A stretch of DNA of 63,963 nucleotides, counting the filler, from Octopus bimaculoides (taxonomy: Eukaryota), in assembly GCF_001194135.2 (NCBI RefSeq). It is 5 parts of 5 records of this genome, joined end to end, with 100 filler letters (N's around TTAATTAATTAA, not from the genome) between each part and the next. Parts side by side here need not be neighbours in the genome. Positions count along the whole stretch, not along the records: positions 32,226 to 56,312 come from NC_068993.1; positions 56,413 to 61,546 come from NC_068996.1; positions 61,647 to 63,963 come from NC_069001.1; 2 more parts are not named here. One strand, 5' to 3'. The stretch's first letter is position 1, and each line of letters opens with the position of its first letter. Positions 53,830 to 63,963 of this stretch are shown in pieces. A model generated the notes under the pieces. That model worked only from the letters and a program-made list of their open reading frames with translations. It made no database searches and was not told the DNA's origin. The translations under genes were made by a program, and so were the position numbers.

Positions 53830-54593
53830 CGCAGGGTGAAGCCGCTTGGCACAGATTGACCTTGAAATCTGATATGCATGTGCACGAACGTTTAATGTTC
53901 TAGCTCACTTCCCCTATTTACAGCAGTACTTAGACAGAAGTTGTGTAGCGTGTGGTCGTCTCATTCACCATGACAGAGTAAGTTGTCATGGCAATACCTG
54001 CTCAGAGGTCTACGCAATGTTGTAGAAAGTGTATGGAGAGGAGTGTATGAGCCCCACGAAAGTGTACGAGTGGTTCAGACATTTCCAAGATGGCCGAAAA
54101 GATGTCGATCTTGCCGAACGTTTTGGGAGACCGGTAATCAGCAGAAGTGAGAAAAACATCGCAGATGTACGGGCAGCTGTGAGGGCAAATCGTTTAATCA
54201 TCATCCGTGAGTTATCAGAGGCCGTGCAGATTAGTTACGAGTCAGTTCAGTTCATTATCTTTGAAGATTTAGGTATGAGACCCGTGTCTGCCAAGTTTAT
54301 GCCAAAACTGCTTTCAGCTGACCACAAAGACACTCAGCTTTCCGTTGCACAAATTCTCCTCGATCGTGTCAAGAACGATGGAAACTTTTTGAAATCTTTG
54401 CGCAAGCCTCTGAGCAGGTATCGCCATACTTTTGGCAAAATTGGTGGAGGTTCTCTGCTCAACTTTCTCTGTCATGGTCAATGTGATGATCACACGCTGT
54501 AAACAGCGGAAGTGAGCTAGAATGTTAAAAGTTTGTGCGCAGGCTCAGCAGAGTTCAAGGTCAATCTGTTGTAACAAGCGGCTTCACTCTGCG
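53830..54593 (+). mobile_element. Internally deleted mariner element with ~100-bp inverted termini
   Basis: TA|CGCAGGGTGAAGCCGCTTG..CAGATTGACCTTGAA..TTCTAGCTCACTTCC is mirrored at 54497-54593 (followed by TG). ORF 54029-54502: YGEECMSPTKVYEWFRHFQDGR...GRP...SAKFMPKLLS; DDD domain absent. Confidence 0.92.
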
Positions 54594-54643
54594 TGCATTA
54601 TAACTTCGTTACTATGGTGACAGTCCGGATACTTATTGATCAG

Positions 54644-55064
54644 GGTTAAATAACAGTAATATTCGTCCCAACCAGGACTGCCGCATTATGTTGGCAAATA
54701 ATCTTTACTTTAGAGGACTGTTACTGAATATTTCTCGTTGAGAGATTAAGAAATAATAATTTTTCTATTTATTAGATCAGTAACTGCGTGTCACTTTGAA
54801 AATTATATATTTTCGAACAGGAATTTAGCAGCGCCATCTCTACCCAAGCAGTTATTGTGTGCTGAGGAAGATAAATAACCCAGAAACCACTGTACGTAGA
54901 TATTGCTTTGTACTGAATGGGGATGCTAAACTCACTTTTTTCTAAAATATAAGGACACAGATACCGTGTCGTATAGGCAGCTAGTGACGGATGTTTCCTG
55001 AGGCTAAATAACAGCAACATTCGTCCCAACCAGGACTGCAACATTATGCTGGCAAATAATCTTT
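54644..55064 (+). mobile_element. Partial tandem element (358-bp period) containing a degenerate HHR
   Basis: 63-bp direct repeat at 54644-54706 and 55002-55064 (about 6 mismatches). Between them: UGUG-CUGAGGA...GAAAC-cacu-GUA|CGUA at 54858-54898. Confidence 0.6.
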
Positions 55065-56412
55065 GCTATATATATAATATATACGTCTATATAAGTAGTT
55101 GTATATATATACATATATAAAACTACTTATATAAACATATATATTATATATATTAGTAATTTACATTATATTTGTAATGATTTTATCTCGTAGAATTCCT
55201 TAGGTGTGATAGACTGCTTGGATTTCAACTGTTTTCTGTATTGGTCAGCTTTCGGTTAAATGGAAGTTTGTATCGAGCGTGAGACGTGAAACTTAGATAT
55301 ACTGAGGAGTGAAAATGAAATGTGAGAAGTTGAAAAATTTATCTAATTATTGTTTGACAGAATTTTGCTTTGCTTGCTTTCTTTTTATTACAGTATCTAG
55401 TTTTTCATGGAGAGATGCCTGTATATTATCAATATAATCCACTAAGAGTACGATAATGATTTATTTATCAATACTTGTCCTTAAGTACAGATTTATGCTG
55501 GTTCTGGTCGAAGTTTTAGCTTCAAAACGCTGTCATGATACAACCTTAGTAATTTCCGCTAATACAACCGAAGAAGTCTAGAAACTCTTCCCTGGATACA
55601 ACGGCCGGACATCCTCAGTCTATCGAGAAATGAAATAGCAACATTTAACCAGAAATTCCATGTTTTAAAACACTTTCCACAATGCCTTTCTGTTTTCTGT
55701 CCGAAAGCTTTGGTTAGAACGACGAAATCTGTGTTAAGTACTTCATATTTGAAATAGAAATTTTCTCATCAATCTAATACAAAAGAAAAACCAGATAGGA
55801 AATCAAATTCAAGGTAAAAGACATTTCTGAGGTGAGTGAATATTTTGTCAGAGATGTTACTACAGATGACAACTGAGAGTTCACAAATAATTTTCGAACT
55901 TTATTCTTGAAGGTATCCTTGTAGTCTACAGGTAATGGCTGACCATCCACATAAATTAAAATAACCCAAGAAGATTCTTTCAAAAAATGTTTCTCCCAGC
56001 ATTCACTATTCTCCTCTCGTTCTAGTCTAACGACACTCCATTTTTGTTTTCCTTCGGTTTCCTTGTATGTCTCCACTGTTATGTTTTTATTCCCAAAATC
56101 CTAAATTCTATTTTAGAATTTATGGGAGCAACTGTCTTTGAAGACTCATATTGTCGTTGAATGCTCGACATGAGAAGTAGATAGGCAGCCGACAACTGAT
56201 GAAGGGTCCTTTCTCTGTGTTTACTTGTCCTGTCTTCCATTTTTTCTCGTTGTTTACGTATTTCATGTTATTTGCACCGTGGGTGACGGCCTCAAATCAG
56301 ATTTGCATGTATNNNNNNNNNNNNNNNNNNNNNNNNNNNNNNNNNNNNNNNNNNNNTTAATTAATTAANNNNNNNNNNNNNNNNNNNNNNNNNNNNNNNN
56401 NNNNNNNNNNNN

Positions 56413-56562
56413 AGAAGAAGAAGAAGATAAAGAAGAAGAAGAAGAAGAAGAAGAAGAAGAAGAAGAAGAATTGGAAGAAGAAGAAGAAGAAGAAGAAGAA
56501 GAAGAAGAAGAAGAAGAAGAAGAAGAAGAAGAAGAAGAACAACAACAACAACAACAACAACA
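56413..56562. repeat. (GAA)n-(CAA)n microsatellite
   Basis: Directly visible. Confidence 0.95.
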
Positions 56563-56960
56563 ACTACTACAGTAGCATCAGCAACATAGACATGAGAAAA
56601 CTTGCCAAACACGTCAGTAATAATTCTTTGAAGACGATTAGAAAACAGCAACAAGAGCTACGACAACGCCCACCTCATCGAGGAAGGGAAGCAACATGCC
56701 GAGGCAATTTCATCCACTCCACTAATCTATTCTCTCTTTTGTGAATGCATCTAACCTTTATAATTATAAGCATTATGATTTTGTCGTGTTTATTAAAATG
56801 ATTAAAACGTTCAAAACTGTCGATTAAGGTTAATTTAGTGTTAATATATTTACTGCCGGTAGAAACAAAATCAATAATCCATTTTCATTTGCTTCTGCAC
56901 ATACGGAAGACAACTCTGGTCATTATTCGCTCTTATTGCAGCCTCATCAGGAAAGTGTTG

Positions 56961-57056
56961 TCGGTGGAATAATCGACTTGTCGATGAAATAATCGACTTG
57001 TCGATGGAATAATCGACTTGTCGATGGAGTAATCGACTTATCGATGGAGTGATCGA
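56961..57056. repeat. 20-bp CpG-rich minisatellite, about 4.8 units
   Basis: TCGATGGAATAATCGACTTG repeated with few substitutions. Confidence 0.9.
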
Positions 57057-58380
57057 TGAAAGGATCTCAGAAGTAATTGTATACCAAGGTCACATACAGC
57101 CCCATAATATATAAATCAATACTAACTTAACATTTGCTCTTTAACGCTGTGGGCGTCTCTAAACAAATTTATCTCTTACGTCAATCAATGAGCGATGCAT
57201 TTTACGTATATAATGATTCTCTCATAATGACGTTGGCTATTATTGTAAAGTCTATGGATTGCTGAAAGGGTCATAATAACAATCAAACATGTGGAAAACT
57301 GTACACAATATTTGGTGAAACAGAAGCAAACATAATATCTGCTATTCTTTCATATTAATTTTCTTCACTCTATAATTATTTCTACTTGAACTTCTTTTTG
57401 ATGCATCCCACTTTGTTTATGTATACTTAGCTACAATTATAATTTACTTATTCTAAATCATTTTTTTTTTCACATTAGGATGTCATCCTTGGGATCCAAA
57501 ATCCCTAAATAATTACTGATAAATGGTTGACAAACTTAGTAAGCTGGAAGGGTTTCGTTCTGTGAATGAATTTTCAAAATATACTGTTATGCTTATGTTA
57601 GATTTAATTAAACCACGTAGCACAATGTCTAGAAAGCTACTGACTAAATGATCGGCTTAATAATACACTTAACGTTCGATAAAGTGGACATTCCATTTGC
57701 TTTTACCAATCTTAATGTTCATCAGAAACTAAATGAACATCAAATATTCCATTGCCTTCATTCCTCGAAGTTATAGCTCTATATTGATATATCATTTGTA
57801 GACAGTTGAAAGTCGGTTCTACGTCATTCACCTTTGTATCATACATTCACATCCAGATACAAACACAAGCACACACACAGATCAGATGCACACACACCCC
57901 ACACACACACGCACACACTGATACACACATACAATGATGCACACACAGATACACGCGCGCGCACACATACACAAATGTTCACATGCGTACTTACGTAATC
58001 ACATACGTATATGGATATAAATATAGATAGAGAGATAGATAGATAGACAGACAGAGAGACACAGNNNNNNNNNNNNNNNNNNNNNNNNNNNNNNNNNNNN
58101 NNNNNNNNNNNNNNNNNNNNNNNNNNNNNNNNNNNNNNNNNNNNNNNNNNNNNNNNNNNNNNNNGACGGGCAGGTACGCACACATACACATACACACACA
58201 TACACATACACACACTCAAGTAAAACTTTGAATAATGACCTCCAAGTTTCGACTCAATTACCTTCGTCAGACAATTTGACGAAAGCAGTTAAGCCGAGTT
58301 GACTGTTAAACTTTGTTTTATAAAAAAGGTTACATTCTACTTAAACGTACTGAATGATCCATCAGTGAATGGTTCCAATA

Positions 58381-58443
<63 letters not shown>

Positions 58444-58475
58444 NNNNNNNNNNGTGTATGGATATATATTTATAA

Positions 58476-58515
<40 letters not shown>

Positions 58516-58519
58516 CCAC

Positions 58520-58659
58520 ACACACATACTGGAATAAGTACATAAATGTGAAACAAGATGGAAAAAATAGTACTCGAATACCAGAGGTAGAGTAATATGC
58601 TTTATTAAAAAGCAGCAGAAATATCACAAAAACTGTTACTAGTTTCACGTTCCCGTTCG
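58520..58659 (-). mobile_element. Short repeat-family copy ending in a 5'-truncated HHR
   Basis: Body TACTCGAATACCAGAGGTAGAGTAATATG is related to 53610-53710 and 18660-18720. Minus 58633-58659 reads CGA-ACG ggaa CGU-GAAAC-ua-GUA|ACAG; the CUGA position is replaced by (TG)n. Confidence 0.6.
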
Positions 58660-58692
58660 CACACACACATGCACACACACAAACATATATGC

Positions 58693-58826
<134 letters not shown>

Positions 58827-58846
58827 ACACTAATACATTCATTATG

Positions 58847-59415
<569 letters not shown>

Positions 59416-59979
59416 AATAATGTAAATAATTCCTCTTCTCTTAAATATAGAACTGTAACACTCGACTGAATGTGCGTGTTGTGTGAGTTGTGTGTGTTGT
59501 GTGATGTGTGTGTGTTGTGTGTATGTTGTGTGTGTGTGTTGTGTGTGTGTTGTGTGTGTGTGGTGTGTGTGTTGTGTATGTGTTGTGTGTAGTGTTTGTG
59601 TTGTATCATGTGTGTGTGCTGTGTGTATGTTGTGTGCTGTGTGTGTTGTGTATGTGTATGTTGCGTATGTATGTGTTGTGTGTGTGTTATGTGTGTGTTG
59701 TGTATGTGATGTATGTGTGTGTGTGATGTATGCGTGTGTGTGTGATGTATGTGTGTGTGTGTACGTAGGTGCAAACCGAAACGTGAACGAACATAAATAC
59801 CAAACATATATCTTCATCGTTCTACTCATAAGCGGGTATAAAACGGATACAACCATACATACCACTTTGAGTGTACACACATACTATTATACACCCTCAT
59901 GTATACACGTAACTGTACATGTGCATCCATGTACATAGATATTCATATACATGTATACACAGGTGAACATCGATATTTT

Positions 59980-60113
59980 ACCTTTTACTTGTTTCAGTCA
60001 CTGGACGGCGGCCTTGCTGGAGCATTGCCCTGAAGGCAATATTTATTTTTAAAGTCTCGGGCGTAAACGAAAAAATGCTGGTGGTGGGGGAAAAGCACAG
60101 ACATAAGACACAC

Positions 60114-60160
<47 letters not shown>

Positions 60161-60332
60161 AACACAAACGCACACACACAGACACACAAATACACAAATA
60201 CACACACGCACATACGCACACATATACGACGGTTTCTACCTGTTTCCTTCCTGCTGTAGCAGAAAACAGGTGCCCCAAGTTTCCTAACGGTGGGACTGAA
60301 CCCGGAACCATGTGGTTGGTAAGCAAGCTACT
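59980..60332 (-). mobile_element. SINE family A with internal deletions
   Basis: Head at 60230-60332 and tail at 59980-60100 match the family A reverse complement. Confidence 0.75.
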
Positions 60333-60695
60333 TGTTATATATGTATATTTATATATATATATATATGTATATTTATATATATATATGTATATTTATATAT
60401 ATATATATGTATATTTATATATATATATATATGTAGATTTATATATATATATATATATANNNNNNNNNNNNNNNNNNNNNNNNNNNNNNNNNNNNNNNNN
60501 NNNNNNNNNNNNNNNNNNNNNNNNNNNNNNNNNNNNNNNNNNNNNNNNNNNNNNNTCTTATATATATATATATACTTACTTGAAAATGCATGCGTAGCGT
60601 TATATAAAGTGTTTGACGCAGCTTCATAGAATATAACAGTTTGAGTCAACTTCATATGACATAATGAAAATTTCACTCAGTTTCCAATGACTTAC

Positions 60696-60811
60696 AGTTT
60701 CGTGGATGCGGAGGACGAACCCATGTAGCTGTGTGGAATCGTCTGAATGCGTAACAGCAGCAGCAGCAGCAGTAGCAGCAGCATCACCGTCCCAGATATG
60801 GGAGCAGTCAT
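60696..60811 (-). CDS. Candidate signal-peptide exon, possibly the first coding exon of the iGluR gene
   Basis: MTAPISGTVM-L10-RIQTIPHSYMGSSSASTK followed by donor CT|GTAAGT. GC-richer than its flanks, same strand as the iGluR exon and 10 kb upstream. Possible acceptor TCTCAG| before 60835. No homology support. Confidence 0.4.
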
Positions 60812-61099
60812 CCATTGTGAGTTTCTCTCTCGAACCTGAGACATACTGAAGGCTTACTGAAACCTAAATTCGAAACTACTCTGAAATATCGAGGAAATGT
60901 TTCCTGACAAGACAGCTATGAATATAAATTCCATAAAGCGGATTATCACGACTGGCTTAATTCTTCCTTCGACTTATCAATGGATTAAAAACACAGCTGC
61001 CGGAGAATGCTTTACAGACTATTTTCCCCCCCTTATTTTACAACTGTTTGGCATTTGATGTGGTGTTTCGTTAGTAGAGCGGTATAATAAGTAGAACAG

Positions 61100-61120
61100 A
61101 TAATGATGACGATATGGATG

Positions 61121-61176
<56 letters not shown>

Positions 61177-61546
61177 AATGATGATGATGATGAGTAGGAG
61201 GAAGAGGAGGAGGTGGAGGAGTAGGAAGAGGAAGAGGATCGCGATTACGATGATGGTTACGACGAAAACGACGACGACGATGATGATGATGACGATAATG
61301 ATGATGATTCCCTTCATGTTTGCTATCATTGTTATCATCATCGTCATTATCATCATTAATAACTACCGTCACCGTTATCGTGATAATGTTGATGACTATG
61401 ATGGGGAGGAGGAGGAGGCGGAGGATGAAACTGAAAAAGTGATGATGATGATGATGATGATGATGACGATGATGATGATGATGATGGTGGCGGTGGTGGT
61501 GGTGGTGATGGTGATGGTGGTGGTGATGGTTTTGGTGGTGGTGGTG
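61100..61546. repeat. Compound trinucleotide tract (GAT/GAG/GAC/CAT/GGT)
   Basis: Directly visible; it produces the poly-M, poly-H and poly-I ORFs in the track. Confidence 0.9.
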
Positions 61547-61646
61547 NNNNNNNNNNNNNNNNNNNNNNNNNNNNNNNNNNNNNNNNNNNNTTAATTAATT
61601 AANNNNNNNNNNNNNNNNNNNNNNNNNNNNNNNNNNNNNNNNNNNN

Positions 61647-62265
61647 ACTTCAAGTCGGAAACGTTTAAAACTTCGTTCAAGGAACTTCCTCGTGCAGATT
61701 ATGCTGACTTCCTGGCTCACACTGCTGATGGCATGCAACACATTACGAATCGTTTTGCTGCTCAACTTACGAACTTTGGCCTTAAAATAAGTCCGAGAAC
61801 CCCCCCTCCAAAAAAAAACAAAGAAAACAAAGAAAAAAAAAAGAAAAACAAGGTAATGTTCATAATTGCACCAAGCGAACCCCGTATGTCAAACCAGACA
61901 TCGTAGGATACAGTACGAGATTTGGTGTAATTGACTCCTTTGTTTATTTGAGTAGCGTGTTGTCGAGAGAAGACTCCCTAAAACCAGAAATACATCTATG
62001 CATTCAGAAAACATCTGTAGCATTTGGGAAGCTTGAAAAAAGAGTCTGGAGGCATCTGAAGTTGTTTTGATCGTTTTCGTCAGAAATGTTTTTGAGACAC
62101 AGATTCAACATCAAGCGGCAAAGTAAAGCACCTGGCACAGAAGTTCTTACTAAGGCAGGATGTACAAACGTCCAACCACTCATCACGTCTACTCGGATAG
62201 GTTGGGCAAGCCATGTTGTGCGTATGAAAGATGATGGGATTCCAATGCGGCTGTTCACTGGAAAG
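61647..62265 (+). mobile_element. RTE (BovB-like) LINE RT fragment
   Basis: RADYADFLAHTADGMQHITNRFAAQLTNFGLKIS; IDSFVYLSSVLSRE...AFGKLEKRVWRH; TEVLTKAG...IGWASHVVRMKDDGIP. Confidence 0.88.
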
Positions 62266-62399
62266 TCTACCTGTCTGTCTGTATGTGTGTATCATACACA
62301 CGCACACACACACACATGCATACACGCACATACATGTATACAACAGGTTTCTTTCAGTTTCCATCTCACAGCCATAGATTTGGCAGGAGTTAGAGCGAT

Positions 62400-62770
62400 A
62401 AGTGAATTAAGGGTTGGTAAAACCGGAAAAATTGTAGTGTTTTAAATTTAAAGAATGCACGAGTTCTTTGAATGATCTTATTAAGGAGTTTATCTTTAGT
62501 GAATAATATTTCCAAACTTCCGTTCGCACAAACGCGGCACAGTTTGCAGCGTCCGGTGTAGCTCTTAACCCCCAGATAAGATTTCCCATTCAAGGTCATA
62601 TATTACGAATTCGTTTTTCAGATTGTGGTTGTAACTTGCTACAGATGCCAAACCTACCCGGGGTGTCTAAATGAATAAGTGTGTAAAAAGTCCCCGACGA
62701 CCTCCTTTGTGAAAGCAGAATTATTGGACAAGCGGACTTCGGCAAAGGCTTGGAACAAAAACACTCCTTT
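62400..62770 (-). mobile_element. Degenerate GIY-YIG C-terminal fragment of the same PLE type as 14930-16700
   Basis: HTYSFRHP; YDLEWEIL; KSYTGRCKLC...LEILFTKDKLLNK, across frameshifts. Confidence 0.6.
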
Positions 62771-63351
62771 TCTATGTGGTCGCTCACTTTGCAAGAAATA
62801 ACAGCCAAAACCAAATGTTGTTGATGTTGTTATAGTTGTTATTGTTTCCGAAGATGTCGCTGTTGCTATTGTTGTTGTTGTTGTTGTTGTTCTCGTCGTC
62901 CTCGCTGTTGCTGTATAGCCCCAGGTCAGCCCTGTCCAAACCGAAAACATCTATAATCAAAGACGTTCTAACCATGCCACACGCAACTTTTAAATACGAC
63001 CCCCATTTGTGTGAAACTGGGAAATCACTTTTAATTTGATCAATTATCAATTATAATTCCTGCTATCAATCGAAGGGATCGAACTGATTAACAACAAAGT
63101 ACTTCCCCAACCCTTACCACCGGGAGACGAGAAATCATTTTTCTCGTATTTCAATCGAAAAGTGAAAAAAATAAACATTATTTTAATTTTATGATTATTT
63201 AGATCCAGATCAAAAGTGATCGATCGAATGGAGCGAATAATCAAACGCATTCCAACCACGACCATCGCTCTTTCCTTATTTCACGCGATAGATCTGTAAT
63301 TCAAGAGGGTTTTGGCTGTTATTTCTTGCAAAGTGAGCGACCACATAGAAA
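62769..63351. repeat. Perfect 44-bp inverted repeat pair
   Basis: 62769-62812 is the exact reverse complement of 63308-63351. Confidence 0.9.
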
Positions 63352-63635
63352 TTTTTGCGTTGTTTCATTTCATGGCGTGAAATGGTGCAAGGGAGACAAC
63401 TCGGTCGAAAAGTTTTGTCATCTTGTTTGCTTGCTAGAAATAAGAGCGAAATCTTAATCAAATACCTAAGTGGCAACTTAAAAATCGAAGGACACCTTCC
63501 ATAATGTAGTCCAAGATACACGGTGCCTCCAGACATATTGGGTGGTCACGACATTCCGGTCGTGACCATCTTGCCAATTTTTCAGGTAAAAGATTACATT
63601 TGCGACCGTGAAAATAAAATCATTCACCATCGACG

Positions 63636-63850
63636 CAGGCGTGGCTCTGTGGTTAAGAAGCTTGCTTCCCAACCACACGGTTCTGCGTTCAGTCTCACTG
63701 CTGGCACACGGGGTAAATGTCTTCCACTATAACCCCAGGCCAACCAAAGCCTTGCGGGTGGATTTGGTAGACGGAAAACGAAAGACGTCCGTCGGAGACG
63801 CACACACACACACACACATCTGTGTGCGTGTCTTTGTGTCTGTGTTTTAG
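63636..63850 (+). mobile_element. SINE family A, 5' part
   Basis: GGCGTGGCTCTGTGGTTAAGAAGCTTGCTTCCCAACCAC...GGATTTGGTAGACGGAAA. Confidence 0.85.
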
Positions 63851-63963
63851 AACTCGTTTGACTTGGCGGGGTGGATTGAAGTCCAAACTGGATCTCAGGG
63901 GCCAGTTTGACAATGACTTCGAAGTTTTGGCCAGCTGAATAGCATGAAAATTTTCTTGCAGTG

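Noticed and set aside
55774-56076. 100-aa minus ORF (METYKETEG...)
   Set aside because: No recognisable domain; at most a faint PLE-like resemblance.
56915-56955. Minus-strand CUGAUGA-GGCU..AGC-GAAU motif; also CUGAUGA at about 42014 and 56194
   Set aside because: No GAAA plus stem III and stem I; cannot be supported as hammerheads.
56961-57056. Possible CRISPR-like array
   Set aside because: Contiguous tandem units with no unique spacers, in a eukaryotic context with no cas genes.

Overview
AT-rich, microsatellite-dense eukaryotic scaffold with many N-gaps. The SINE, RTE and mariner repeat families suggest an octopod cephalopod (inference). One confident host exon is present: minus strand 50463-50708, 246 nt, phase 1-1, encoding part of the amino-terminal (LIVBP-like) domain of an ionotropic glutamate receptor. 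A possible signal-peptide exon of the same gene lies at 60696-60811, so much of the window is probably intronic. The rest is mostly transposon debris: Penelope-like retroelements (PLEs, RT plus GIY-YIG), two internally deleted mariners, a maT-like relic, a Merlin relic, RTE and CR1/L2-type LINE fragments, and at least three tRNA-derived SINE families. The most notable signal, invisible in the ORF track, is a set of Type I hammerhead-ribozyme (HHR) motifs belonging to several unrelated short non-autonomous elements. Two of these elements (8.3-9.1 kb, 36.4-37.1 kb) combine a partial tandem monomer (435 and 490 bp) with a head-to-head inverted copy. A third (54.6-55.1 kb) is a 358-bp partial tandem. 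A fourth (58.8-59.4 kb) is a tRNA-headed SINE-like element with an HHR tail, present as a head-to-head foldback. Together these look like retrozyme-like RNAs mobilised by PLEs. Most long ORFs in the track are artefacts of N-gaps or microsatellites. All folding and alignment was done by eye.
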